From Octopus vulgaris (Eukaryota), in contig OX597814.1 of the NCBI GenBank assembly GCA_951406725.2, positions 77,438,001 to 77,502,000 of the forward strand: a stretch of 64,000 nucleotides of DNA. Direction: 5' to 3'. Below the pieces are notes generated by a model. It searched no databases, had not been told where the DNA came from, and saw nothing but the letters and a program-made list of their open reading frames with translations. The number at the start of each line of letters is the position of its first letter. Position 1 is the stretch's first letter. The position numbers and the translations under genes are program-made. Below are positions 39,918-53,839 of this stretch, piece by piece.

Positions 39918-40510
39918 TAAATTTGATGTTACCAAATTAATATCCAATTTTTCACCTTCATTTTAATTTTAATTTTAAATTAATACGTTCTCAAACCAGC
40001 AAAAGCTACTGCAGTGAATTATTTCATGCAGTATTTTTTATGGTATTTTAGCGTGCCAAAACGAGGACTTTTGAAAAATAACCACAAATGTAATAGGTAG
40101 AACTACATATATGTTCGACCTTGTGCGGACGTCTGGTGTGTAGTTCTGCAAATTACATTTGTATGGACGATCATACTGAAGATCTATGGACAAATTGCGT
40201 AAGTAAAATTACGTAATCTGTTGATAGTGAAACATTGTTTATGATTAATCTATATTTTTGTTACTTTTCATTTGTCTTGCTCGCTTACATTTCTGGTGTT
40301 TGCTAAATTTTCTGGAGAACATTTCTTAGTGGTAAGACCATAGCGGATCTACTTCTAGCATTAGGGCTATCCACATAGTGGTCACCCCTCTCATATGTAT
40401 GTAATACAATTTACTGAACCTCAGTTTTTTAATATGCTAGACCATTGGTGTTAAATTGATGTTACCAAATTAATATCCAATTTTTCACCCTCATTTTAAT
40501 TTAATATTTT
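39918..40510 (+). mobile_element. Penelope-like pLTR with ~60-bp terminal direct repeat
   Basis: TGATGTTACCAAATTAATATCCAATTTTTCACC.TCATTTTAATTT occurs at 39918-39980 and 40451-40510. Contains an HHR. Confidence 0.65.
40170..40245 (+). ncRNA. Type I hammerhead ribozyme motif
   Basis: ATCATA-CTGAAGA-[CTAT..ATTGCGTAA/TTACGTAAT..ATAG]-GAAAC-ATT-GTT-TATGAT, with a 6-bp stem I (ATCATA/TATGAT). Confidence 0.7.
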
Positions 40511-41201
40511 ATATATATATACATACATACATACAAGAACACACACACACATTATGAGAGTAACAGGTCCCTAAAAACCTTACCATAATACAAAATCCTG
40601 TAACACAAAATTAATCTCCCCATTGATTTTAATGTTATCAAATGACAAAGTGTACTGGTAAATTTTTAGTGGATTTTTGAAACAGATCTCATGAATAAAA
40701 TGTATTTCTTGTAGCTTTTTTTTTTCCAGTATTTTTCATTATTTATTCTATCTCACATTCTAAAATACATGTAATTCACATTTAAAGAAGTTTTTTTAAA
40801 AATCTGTGTTTCAAACTTCTTGGAATAGCTGTCACAATTAAAAATCAGTTTTTGTTTCCTTCCTGTATTTTTCATAATTTTATATCACATTTTCTGACAC
40901 ATTTGTAATTCATATTTTTAAAAACAGACTTTCTATAAAAAAAAAAGCCATGTTTTTCAAATTTTTAAACCCTTCTCCCTTTCCTATGCTGCAAAAATTA
41001 AATGAATTTAAGCTGGTCATCATTGTTGCAGCTTAAATCTTGTGACATTTACGATGCATGTGTAAAAACAAGCTTCATCTACTTCACACTACACTTGTGC
41101 AACCTTCCTAAGACATTTTTGGTGCATAGTGCCAGTTCCATTTCGTAACATAACATATATACATATGTGTGTGTGTGTAAATGCATGTGTATGTTTGTGT
41201 G

Positions 41202-41233
<32 letters not shown>

Positions 41234-41575
41234 CTAGCACTATGACCCAGAAACGCTGGCTCATAGTGCTAGTGCATGCGCACATACACACGAGTACTGT
41301 CCAAATCTCCGACCAATCACATACAGCTAGCTGGCATTCAATTGGCGTATTAAGTTTCGGGCATTTTGATTGGGTTTTGGATAGAAAATTTTTTAAAAAG
41401 TCACTTCTATTGATTTTTTAATGGCTTTATGGGGTGACTGGGGAAATGTAAAGATGTGCACGACCACCCTTGGACGGTTTTGAATGACCATAGAAAGTGC
41501 GAGCCCTCTAACTGAAAAATTGTGGATTTGTATAAAGGACACACACACAGACATTTTGCCATTTATATATAGAGA
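41234..41575 (-). mobile_element. Non-autonomous Helitron
   Basis: Minus strand 5' TCTCTATATATAAATGGCAAAATGTCTG(TG)n (same start as 56840) and a 3' hairpin plus CTAG|T. Confidence 0.7.
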
Positions 41576-41740
41576 TATATATATATACATACATACACAC
41601 ACATATATATACACACATATATATATATACACACATACATATAGACAACAGAGTGATAGATAGATCTATATAGTGATATATATATGTATTATCAATGAAA
41701 TGTATGTTTATATATACATATATATATGTATATATATGCA

Positions 41741-41802
<62 letters not shown>

Positions 41803-42284
41803 CACATGCATATCTCTTCTTTATTGTCTGTTCCATTAGCTCTTTATCCTTCAGTTTTAGTTTTACACTCATTTATTTATCTTCATGTTTTATATATGTA
41901 ATACAAACACAAAATGTTACAAAATAAACACCATTAAACACCTTGGGTAATACTTTTAACAATTACACCCTATTTACCTGATAAATATAAATGTAGTTGT
42001 TGCTTAGCCACCCACATTTTTCAAATCAACCCTAATCGATCACAGAATTAACATGTGACAAAAGTTATTCCAGCTGTGAATAGGCCTGTGTTCTATTCAG
42101 ACACAGTGCCAGTAATATGCAATGCCTACATGCTTATTTACTTCAGATTGTAGGGTGTGATTTCAAGAAGGTTTGGCTACTTTTTTTAAACCACTGAGCA
42201 ATAACTTAGAGGTTCTTTAGTTAAAACACAAGTTGTGGAATGGCACATACATACATACATACATACATACATACATACATTCAT

Positions 42285-42339
<55 letters not shown>

Positions 42340-42342
<3 letters not shown>

Positions 42343-43464
42343 TACATGATAAGAATAATAAGAATAATAATAACTCAAACGCGATATATATAGGGTCCAC
42401 TTCCTCTAAAATAAAATTAAGAATCGCACAACATGAATTCATTTAAAAATAAAAACTTAATTAACTCCACTGGACTTAGCAAGTACATTTGGAGACTTAA
42501 ATCCCAAAATATTAATTATAATTTATCTTGGGAAATAATTAGTAAAACTAAATCATATACTATAGGAGCAAATTTTTGTTATTTATGTTCTAATGAGTTT
42601 AAGGAAATTTTATTTTATAAGCATGATAATTTACTGAATACCTGTGATGAGCACAAAATAAAATGCAGACACAAGTTACTTTACTTATATAATAAATTTC
42701 TTGATAAATAATGATTATTTCTTAGCCTTAATTAGCTCCCTATTTGTTGTTTTATGTAATAGTATTATAAATATACCAGGTGATTTGTAGTACTTATTAT
42801 ATTAGTTTATTTTAGTTATTTAGGTTCTGTTTTTAATTATAGTTAGATTATAGATGGTTGTTCATTTTATTACTAAATATTTTATTACTAAATATATTTT
42901 TAATAAATATTTAATGGTTTATTGAATATAGAGTCTGATAAGTTACAATTTTATTTATTTTATATATTTTGTTATATTTCTATTACAACTTCGTCAAATT
43001 ATAATTTTGTTATATTAATCTATTTGTATGTAATCTCTTTATATTTGAAATAGTTTTATTTAGTTGTTTATTTAATCCATTTTATTTAATATAGAAGTAT
43101 AGATTAGTAGATTAATTTTTTAGATTTAACTTCTATTTTGTATTGTAGTATGACTATAGACATTTATATATCTGTTTATTTTATAATATATGTGGATGTG
43201 TGTGTATGTATATATGTGTATATGATGATGTGTGTATATATATATATATATATGTATATACATTTATTTATGTGTATGTGTGTGTATATATAGGTGTAAG
43301 TGTATATATTGAGTATTGTATGTATGTACATGTATGTATGAGTGTGCATGTGTGTGGGTGTATGTGTGTGTATATATGTGTGTATATATGTATATGAATG
43401 TATGTGTGTATGTATATGTATATGTGTATGTATATGTATATGTATGTATATGTATATGTATATG

Positions 43465-43519
<55 letters not shown>

Positions 43520-45210
43520 GTATATATATATGTATATGTATGTATATATTCTTATATATTTATGTATACGTATGTATAGTTATACTACAAATTTTGATAA
43601 GTATTTATAGATTTTGTTATGATCACTAATTTTAGCTTATAATTTTAAGGGCATGGGAAAGAATTTATAGTATGTAGAGGGGTTACTATATAAATTAATT
43701 TTTATATATTTATTAATCTTATAAGATTTTTAGAATATATTTAATAATTAGTGGTTTTTAATAATCTAAATCATTTAATTTATTTTGTATTAAGTTTCAT
43801 TTATCATAGTTATTTTATTAATAAATATTATAGTATAGAGAGATTTTATTCTTTATTTGTGAATTCATTCTTTTTACAATGATAAACAAATAATTTTCCA
43901 TTCGTAATCTTTAATAAACGTAGGTTCCTCACGCGTAATGAATTCTTCAACAATTTCTTCTTTTTTTTTTTTGCTAATAACGTAATTCCACGAGTATTCT
44001 TATAAACGCTGTAAAAGACGTTTTTTGATTCAAAATTTTAGTTCATTGATTAAACCTCGCCAAGTTAAGAATGTATTTATTTAAGATCTTCAAATTGTAA
44101 ATTTTAATATTGTATAAGCCTTTGGAGTAATAATATTCTCCTTATGTAAATATCGTTGTTTATGTAATGATCTAATTATCGGAATTTTCTATATTATTAG
44201 ATATTAAACTTAAGTTTATTCGTAAGATACTTCTTAGTGATAGATTTATTATTTGATAGCAAGCATACTAGGTGTATTAAGTTAGGCTTTGTATATACAT
44301 GTTTTAATAGTATTTGTAGTTTTAAATTTATAATTAAATTAGATAAACTTTGATAAACTTAGATATGTTTCGACTAAAGATTGGTCTAGGCCTTGTCTAA
44401 TTTAATAGCATAACTTAGTTATTTCTTTAAATTTATATTCGATAATTATTCCCATTCATAATTATATTTATAGTACTTATAGTATTTATTCGATACTATA
44501 TTACTAAGAATTGATTATTTCTAAAGGTATTTTACATAAGATTTCTGAAAGTTCGTTTAAGTTAGTTTATTTGTATTTTGAAATTAGCTATTTCATCTTT
44601 AAATATGAAAAATTAAATTTATTAGGTTTTTATTATATACAATTATTTATAGAGATTATTTTAGATCTTGATTATAATATTTATATATATATTTTCATTG
44701 ATAATTTATATATATTAGTCATTTTAAATATTTATGTAATTAGATATAGACTAATTTTGATATTAGATTATGGGTTTCCTACCTTATAAATTAAAATTAA
44801 TATTTAACATTATAGTTGATTTGGATATAATCATATTTGATAATAGAGTTTATTATAAGTAAAATTATTATATTATATATATTATATATATTATTTATAT
44901 CTTAAAAATATTGATTATATTTTAGATATTTAAACCACCTGAAGAATGACTGGAACTTGAAAATTTTAAGAATTGAACAGCCATGAAACGATCATAGTGT
45001 TATATTAATTATCTTTTTTAATAATTTTGATATATATTTAAATAATAAGTATAAATTATTAATTTAAATAATTAAAAAATTTTAACTTTAATTTAAATAT
45101 TTTAAATTTTGAATTTTATATTTTATATATTTTTTATTAATTTTATTTCTATGTATTGGTTTATGATTTTCACTGTTTGATTTGCCTAATAGTGGTTTTA
45201 TCTCTAATTT

Positions 45211-45213
<3 letters not shown>
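42340..45213 (+). mobile_element. Penelope-like element, 5'-truncated: GIY-YIG endonuclease C-terminus, long AT-rich 3' region and HHR
   Basis: YIGSTSSKIKLRIAQH(frameshift)NSFKNK..STGLSKYIWRLK...WEII...CYLC...KCRHK. HHR at 44936-44999. Both ends abut (TA)n. Confidence 0.8.
44936..44999 (+). ncRNA. Type I hammerhead motif (one stem III mismatch)
   Basis: CAC-CTGAAGA-ATGACTG..CAGCCAT-GAAAC-GATC-ATA-GTG, with a palindromic GATC loop. G16.2 appears mutated to A. Confidence 0.6.
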
Positions 45214-45282
<69 letters not shown>

Positions 45283-45342
45283 ATGAATAAGGAGAATAAT
45301 ACATTAACACATTTTTTTTATTATCAAAGTAATTTATACAGT

Positions 45343-46415
45343 ATCATCATCATCATCATCATTTAACGTCTACTTCCCATGCTGGCAAGGGCAGGACAGT
45401 TTGACAGAGGACTGGCAAGCCAGAAGGTTGCACCAGGCTCCAATCTGATCTGGCAAGGTTTCTACAGCTGGATGCCCTTCCCAACACCAACCACTCTGAA
45501 AGTGTAGTGGGTGCTTTTTACATGCCACCTGCATGGGGGCCAGTCAGACAGCACTGCCATCGACCACACTTGAATGGTGCATTTTTCATGTCACCAGCAT
45601 GGGAGCCAGTCAGGTGGCACTGGCATCGATCATGCTCAAATGGTGCTTTCTATGTGCCACTGACATGAGTGTCAGTCAGGCAGCACTGGCATCAGCCATG
45701 ACTATGATTTTGCTTGATTCAACAGGTCTTCTCAAGCACAGCATATTGCCTAATGATTGAAGGGTACTTTTAAATGGGCCGGTCATGCAATATTGGCATC
45801 GTCATGGCTACAATCTCAATTGACTTGATGGGCCTTCTCAATCACAGCATATCTCCAAAGGTCTCAGTCACTTGTCATTGTCTCTGTGAGGCCCAACATT
45901 CAAAGGTTGTGCATCACTATCTCATCCCACGTCTTCCTGGATCTACCTCTTCCACAGGTTCCTTCCACTGTAGGGTGTAACACTTCTTCACACAGCTGTC
46001 CTCATCCATATGTGACACATGACCATACCAGTGCAGTTGTCTCCCTTTCACATCACATCTGATGCTCCCTATATCCAACTTTTCTTTCAGGGTGCTTACA
46101 CTCTATTGTTTATGCACACTAACACTACACAGTGGAGAATTACTAGCTTCATTTCTTTCAATCCTATGCATGTCCTCAGCAGTCACAGCCCATGTTTCAC
46201 TGTCAACTAGCATGGCTGTTCACACACATGCATCATACAGTCTACTTTTCACTCTGAGCAAGAGGCCTTTTGTTATCAGCAGAGGTGGGAGCTCTCTGAA
46301 CTTTGCCCAGCCTATTCTTATTCTAGCAGCTACACTCTCACAGCATCCACCCCTGCTACTGACTTGGTCACCTAGGTAACGGAAGCTATCAACTACTAGT
46401 TTTTCCCCCTGGCAT
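45343..46415 (-). mobile_element. RTE LINE 3' portion
   Basis: Colinear with 33282-34340, with a (CAT)n tail. Confidence 0.9.
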
Positions 46416-46645
46416 GTTTCTTTAGATTCTTCACCTTAATATACTTAGAGATTTAACTGGTTAAAGCTTTATATTTGACATCACAACTTCAATACATATG
46501 GATAAATTGCTTCTTTTAAAAAGAAGAACTCAAAATAGATAAAGCTATAAATAAGAGCATGTAGAAAATTGAGTTAAAAAACACCTTGGATAGAAAAAGT
46601 CAAAGACTGCTCATTAGACTCAACTGTATCTATGTCCCACATGCA

Positions 46646-46686
<41 letters not shown>

Positions 46687-46689
<3 letters not shown>

Positions 46690-47412
46690 GGTGCGATGAG
46701 TAAATTGCTGTACTGTTTGGCATTCACATCGGAAGCTCCAATATGAAGAGATGGTGAACACATAGAATAACCGTTGACTTGCGTCCCCAAAAATGTACTG
46801 AGACTAATAAAAATCAAATATCCAGTCAACATCATGGTGCTTGGAGTGATCACCAGTGATGGTGACATTATGCCTCCATTCATCTTTGCACACGACCTTA
46901 GACTCAACATGGAGGCCCACGTCAAGTGCCTAGAGGAGGTAGTGCTGCCCTGGGTGGCTGCTGGAAGACCCTATGTCTAGCAACAGGACTCTGCACCATG
47001 CCATACAAGCAAAAGAACCCAGTCATGGCTGTCAGACAATTTCTGCAACCATATCACACCTAACATCTGACCACTTAACTTCCCAGACTGCAACCCCTTT
47101 GATTATTATGTGCAGGATGTACTTGAGTGACAGACCAACAAAACTCCTTGTAATACCAAAGATGAACTGAAGGTAAGGATTATGGCAGCATTTACCAACT
47201 TAAATAAGGAGACCATCCAGAAGAGTTGCAGGAGATTCCAAAGTTGTCTGGAGGCCATAGTTAAATCCAATGGCGATTTTATTGAATAAATTTATTCTTT
47301 AGTACTTCAAGATATTTCAATGTAATTTTGGTAAATATATCTGTTAAAATGTGATGTCAGAGTTATTTTCATTTTTGTGTAGTTTAGACGATAATACATT
47401 CACCGCACCCTA
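46687..47412 (+). mobile_element. Tc1/mariner (DD37D/maT-like) deletion derivative
   Basis: TA|CAGGGTGCG...CGCACCCT termini. Encodes IMVLGVITSDG, QQDSAPCHTS and PDCNPFDYYV; same family as 32596. Confidence 0.85.
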
Positions 47413-47614
47413 TATATTTCAGTTTATCCCAACAAATTTTCTATAGAATTCAGATCCAGCACTGAACTGTATAAAAAATCTGTACAGAAAAGCTTAAAAA
47501 TGAAAACAACAAACTGCTAACACAAAAAATGAGGCACAGTATTGATAAGTAAAACTTTGATATACTTAGTAGTATATTAAGATTGCAAAATGAAATCCTG
47601 TGTCCTTACTAGTG

Positions 47615-48810
47615 CAGAAGGAAAAAGATTAAGAGAAGTTATTTAAGAAAGAAAGGATGATTTGCATTTTTATAAGTTATTTCACTTCTAGTCACAATAA
47701 TATATTATATGACTTTAAAATTTCCCTCTGCTAAGCACTTTATGTTTCTCTCTTTCTCTCTACCTCTTCAACAAACTTTTTAACCATGTAATTCTCCTCT
47801 TCATGTCTGTAACATTTCTCTCTTTCTCTTCACCTCTCATTTCCACTAACCACATGAGTAACAGCATAATGCACTAGCTAGCTATCCACTCTCTTTCTCA
47901 TTCTCACATTCCCTCTTTTTCTCCCTCACACCACCATCTCCTCTCTAACAAACTAAAGTGTAAAGTATGAAAAAACAGGTAGAAGAATATTGATATGGGG
48001 GTCAATTCGGAAACAGAGTGCTACGACCTACTTTTGTGATCTGGCGTCAAGCAGCCGGGTAAATCTTTTGTTATGCCAGATTCTGGGGAAATTTATGTAT
48101 TTAGGAAGTGACATTTTGACCCCTACAGTCCGGGGGGGGGGTTAAAGTTTAAGGAAAAAATAAATCTGCTACCCTTTAAAATCGTTGTCGCTCGACTTGG
48201 TAGGGTCCCGGGTTTCCGAAGAGTTTGAGCGATGGCAGGTGGTACGTAACAATATTATAGATTAATTCAATAACAAAAAAAAAATACTTTTCACTATCAA
48301 CACACCACCATCATCATCAGTGTCACTATAGTTTTCAGTAACAAAACTCATTTCATTTCAGTCCAGTTCAGCTGTTTGTTTAATATCTACTTTTTCTTGC
48401 TGATGATGTATCTCTACTCTGACAATACAAATGCTATCAGCCTCTCTCTTCCTCTTTCTCTTTTTCAATACAACTGTTTCCCTTGTCCATCTATCTCTAC
48501 CTGCTTTTCTTTAACGTAACCACTAGAACATCACCCTCTGTTAAATATTGTATCCTAAACATATTTCTTGCTCCTTACTTTCCCTCCCCACCCTACTGCA
48601 CATCATTAACACTTCTCTCATCCTTTTTCATGCCGTCTTTCTTGCACTTTGCCTCTCCCTCCAACTAACTATGCAATGCAATTGGCCTTAGTGTATTATT
48701 ATATACCTCTCTTCTTTCTTACATTCATCCCCCCTCTCTCTCTCACTTTTACTCCACCTCCCTCTCTCTAGCTAATTAAAGTATAGTGGGCAAACAAAGC
48801 AGATTATTAT
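47615..48810 (+). repeat. Second copy of the 36630-37550 segment, with an extra insertion
   Basis: Colinear with the first copy except for a 261-bp insert at 47991-48251. Confidence 0.85.
47991..48251. mobile_element. 261-bp TG...CA insertion with ATAT target-site duplication (solo LTR or Ginger-like MITE)
   Basis: ATAT|TGATATG...CGTAACA|ATAT. Absent from the paralogous site near 36975. Confidence 0.65.
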
Positions 48811-48814
48811 ATAC

Positions 48815-48851
<37 letters not shown>

Positions 48852-49639
48852 TACGTGTATGTGTATGTATGTACATACATACACATACATATGTATTCAC
48901 ACACACACGCATGCATGCATATGTGTGTGTGTGTAAACACTTCACTTCACTGTACCCAGTTCTTCTTCTGCTCTCCTTCCCTTTTTTCCTCCTCCTCACC
49001 ATCATCCACACCTACACCTACACTTACACCTTCTCACCATGCCTAACCTTTATTCCTTTCTGCAACAACTCCTGATTCCTTTCTAACTTTCCTCTTCAAT
49101 GCCTGCAATCCCCTATACAGCTATCTCACTTGCTGTTCAAAAACAATTCATTACTCTAGCCACATCACTTCCCTTAACTATTGTCTCCATCATCACATCA
49201 TACCCTGTGGTTTCCACTTGAAATTCCATGCTACACTCTACTCTTCTCCCCTCATTAAACCCATCATCAAGCATATTTCCCACCTCCTCATCAAACCCAT
49301 CATCAAGCATATTTCCCACCTCCTCATCCACTCTACCATCTGTTCCACCCACTCCCGCAAGCTTATTTTCTCCTCTCCTCTCTTTGCCCTCTACCCTTCA
49401 ACCAACCTATTCTCTGCTTCCTGCTAGGCCTCAACCACCAACTCTTCAATTTCCTCACACACACTAAGAACCAAAAATTACACCCTCTCCTCAACTCCTC
49501 TGCTATACCCACCTCCCATCCCTTAAGCCCCTCCCATTTCCTGTCCAGACATTCCCACACCACTCTCCCCATCCCTCCATTCCAACCTTCTTTCCACACT
49601 TCCAGCACCTCTCCTCGACACCATGCCCCTACCCCACTC

Positions 49640-51800
49640 CCATGTGATGTGGTCACCATACCATCCAACCTTCCCTTTTCTGCTGCCAAACATTCACTCT
49701 TAGATAGGGGTCTCTGACAGACACCTCTCACGCCCCACTGCAATGAATTTGGGACCCACACTGATGTCAGTCAGTTCATGTGCTGCACTAAACTGCATGC
49801 ATATTTTCACACATTTACACAGCATCACAACAATCGAATTGCTATTTGGAACTAGGGTACTGCCCATCCAATTGGACACTGCCTCCTGGCTAGTTCAGCA
49901 GTCTGGACTTGTTTGTGCATGACTGTAACATGCTGGTCAACCGATTCAATTTAAAAAAAAGATCCTGCTAGACCATCATCACCTGAGCTGAATCGGTTGC
50001 CCTTTGCAACCTCCATCGCTGGAATGACATCATCATCAAGCCAGCAGACAGGTGGGGCAGTGGTGGTGTGGCGTGTTAACCTGTACAGGGAAGAAGTGCT
50101 CTAACAACTTCCGAACCCTGCATTCTATTGCCTCCTCCCCTCTGACCTCAACCCTCCTACCAACAGTGTGTGTCCTCCACCATCCATGACCTTGTCTTGT
50201 CTTCTGCCCTACCTCTTACTGTCACCAACCTCATCATCCATACTCCTCATACCTCCACCATCTATTTCTTTCTCAAAATTCTACAAACTGACAAACCCAG
50301 CTGCCCTTTAGTCTCCGTATGTAACTGCCCCACTGAACTCATTTCCAAATACCTCAACCTCATTCTTTCCCCTTTAGTCACTGCCCTCCAGTCTCATATA
50401 CATGACACCAACCATGCCCTTTGCCTCTTCAATTCCTTTTTCTACCCTCCCAGCCCTTCACATCACTTTTTCAGCATGGACATAGAATCTCTATACACTA
50501 TGAACCCCAACAATGATGGCCTCTTAGCACTCCAATACTTCCTCAACTGTCACTCTGACCCCATATGCAGCACTTTCACACTTCTCTACCTAGTTGAACT
50601 TATCCACACCCTCAATAGCTTTATGTTCATGGGAGAGATTTACCAACATTTATCTGGAGTTACCATAGGAACAAGAAAGGGCCTCAGTTTTGCCAACTTA
50701 TTTGTCAGTTACATTGAGACCTAAATCTTCTTACAGTTCTCCAGACTAACCTCAGAGCCATATGGTTGCTATATAGATGACTACATTGGTACTACCTCCC
50801 TCTCCCATGAACAGCTCTCCAACTTCATCTCTTTTGTCTCTAACTTCCACCCTTCTCTTGAATTTACCTCTATTGTTTTTGATACTTCCGTGAACTTCCT
50901 TGACATCTCTCTCTCCATTGATCCCCTCACCCACTCTCTGCCTTCTTTAAACCCACAGACTCCTACCTCTACCTAAATTTTTCCTCCTTCCACCCTTCCC
51001 ACACCTAATGGGCAACCCCTACTCCCAGTTCCTCTGCCTCCAGCACCTGTGCAGCCAGGACCAGGATTTCGAAATTCAGTCTCAATACCTAGCCCACTTA
51101 TTTATGCATTGTGGATACCCATCCACCCTTGTCCAAACTGCATTTACCAGCACCTGCCAAATTGATCGCACCACTGCCCTCTCTCCTTCCCACACCCATC
51201 CCAACTGCATTCCCTTTCCCCTCCTTTTTTACCCCTCCATTGGAAGATCCTACGGGCTTTCCATCATCTCCAACTAGATTCCCACCACCCCCTATTTTCC
51301 CCAACCCACCCATACCCTTCTTCAAATACGCCCACAACCTATGCGGCCTACTGGTCCCTAGCACCCTCCCCTCCTCCATTCTCACCCAACCCGGGTCCTT
51401 CCCTTGCTCCATACCTTGATGCTACACCTGTCTGTTCATCATCGACACCACCTCCTTCACTGGATCAAATCAGCACACCCTCTACATCCATAATTCCTCC
51501 TGCACTTCTTCCAACCTTATTTACTGTATCAGATGCAATCTTTGAAACCACTTTTATGTTGGTCAGATGGGTTGTCAGCTAGCCAACTGGTACACAGAAC
51601 ACCTATGGAACATCCATCTACATATGAACACCCCAGTTGCCCATCATTTTTCCTCAGTCAGTCACTCCACCTCACACCTCACTGTCTTTGGCTTTGCCCT
51701 ACACCAAGGATCCACCAACACCAGACTTCGCTTTGATCAGCGCTACATTTTTACCCTACAAACTCAAACTCCTTTTGGACTCAACAACCTCTTCCTTTCA
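49640..51800 (+). mobile_element. Penelope-like (Neptune-type) retroelement, RT + GIY-YIG, decayed
   Basis: IIIKPAD..GAVVVW, CNCPTELISKYL, FSMDIESLYT, GVTIGTRKGLSFANLF, YIDD, NFLDI, KPTDS, PYSQFL, CTSSNLIYCIRC and LYVGQ. Confidence 0.9.
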
Positions 51801-52048
51801 GTGACATCCTCCACACACATTTTTAAAGAAACATTTTTATTTAATTTAATTTATTTTTTAAATTTCATTTATTTCATTTGTTCTATTTATTTTTTATTAT
51901 ATTTATTATATTCTTTTGTTTTCTTATTTTCAATTTTTATTTTTTTATTTTTGTTTTATTTATCTATTTATTATTTCCCTTTTTATTTGTTTCTTCTGCA
52001 CGTCCTCACGTTCACTTTTTTCATTTTTTATTTGAATTGCTTTTTATT

Positions 52049-52126
<78 letters not shown>

Positions 52127-52720
52127 TCATCATCATCATCATCATCGTTTAACGTCCGTTCTCCATGCTAGCATGAGTTGGACGGTTCGACCGGGGATCT
52201 GGGAAGCCAGAGGACTGCACCAGGCTCCAGTCTTATCTGGCAATGTTTCTACAGCTGGATGCCCTTCCTAACGCCAACCACTCCGTGAGTGTAGTGGGTG
52301 CTTTTTACATGCCACCTGCACAGGTGCCAGGCAAGGCTGGCATCGGCCACGGTCAGATTGGTGCATTTTACGTGCCACCGGCACAGAAGCCAGTCGAGGT
52401 GGCACTGGCTTCGGCCACGATTCTTATGCATGCCTTTCCTCCCTTGGACACACAAAGACCTGTTGAGGCAAGCGAAGTCGATATCGAACCTCATCCAACG
52501 ACAGGCACCCATGCCAACCCCCCTTTGCTTGCGAAGAAGACCTGTTGGGGCAAGTGAAATCGAAATCGAAATCGGAATCGAAATTGAACCAATCCTATGA
52601 CTGGCACCCGGCAGATGCCAGGACCCCTGGACTGGTGGTACGTAAAAAGCACTATCCGAATCGTGGCCAATGCCAGCGCCGCCTTGACTGGCTTCCGTGC
52701 CGGTGGCATGTAAAAAGCAC
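52127..52720. mobile_element. Two RTE 3'UTR segments fused in opposite orientation
   Basis: 52127-52430 has the tail and GTGCTTTTTACATGCCAC units in - orientation. 52535-52720 has (GAAATC)n and GGCA.GTAAAAAGCAC units in + orientation. Confidence 0.75.
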
Positions 52721-53839
52721 ATATATATATATATATATATATCAACTCTACATACTCAATGTATGTGCTTTGTTTGCCACATTCATTGCAGTATGGTGCT
52801 TGGGGACAACTCCCTTATACCACTGAGCATTTAAAAACCTGAAAGTCATAGACAGGCGAGACAACTCACCTTGGATCAAATTCAGGAGTGATGGATATTG
52901 ATATTTTGCCATTTTTGTGGCTTATCAATATCAGAATTGAACTGGGGTCAAATTGAATCACCAATCTATGGCTATATATAAAATACTATTTGATGACCTG
53001 TAAGATTAAATTCAATAACAAATTAAAATCAATGCTAGAGATGTAAATATCATTGACTGCACATATCCAATGTATGAGCTTTGTTTGTTTACCATGCTGT
53101 ATCTATGGACGTATACCCAGATATGCAAACAGCTGATAGGCATGCTCTCTCACACGCATCCACGACAACCCGCCTTTCTCCCTCACACACATACACATTT
53201 AAATGTACTATCTATTATGCATGCATATACTCCCACTCATAGAAGCTCATGCTTAAGCTTGTGGTTGTCCATCAAATTTGGTCATCTCCTTCAATTGTGG
53301 TCATTTGATGAGTGTACTTCTTAAAGTGCAGCAGCAAAAGAAAATGCAGCTATTTGTTCATCCAGAGAACTGCGACTGTTATTACCTATGCTGCACCTAC
53401 TGTGTACTCTTACAAAGAATTCTATGGAAGTAACAACATTTCATCACTGCAAGTGCATGTAATATCCTTACTGCTGCAATGACAATAAATAAGTTAAATA
53501 TAGTTCCCACCAATATCCACCTTGCCTGCTCTCTATACATCCCCTTCCATTGTTATACTTCTTAGACTGCATTTTGTTGCTCATAAGGACCAAAGTTATA
53601 GATGCTCTGCATTTGAGCTGCAGGCTGGCGGCTGGCAGATTAAAGTAGCATAGAAACAATTATGGGACTTTGCTTTGATTCTAAATATATATCACTTATG
53701 GGGACAAACCTCAGGGTGTTGACTTGATAAGTCTGGATGCAATGTAGGAACACACTCAGAAATTTGTATTAGGTACATACTCTCTCTCACACACATACAC
53801 TATGTGAGAGAGAGAGTTTGTGTGTGTATATCTATCTAT

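Noticed and set aside
49250-49330. 39-bp tandem duplication
   Set aside because: A simple local duplication in C-rich low-complexity sequence just upstream of the PLE RT, with no further structure.
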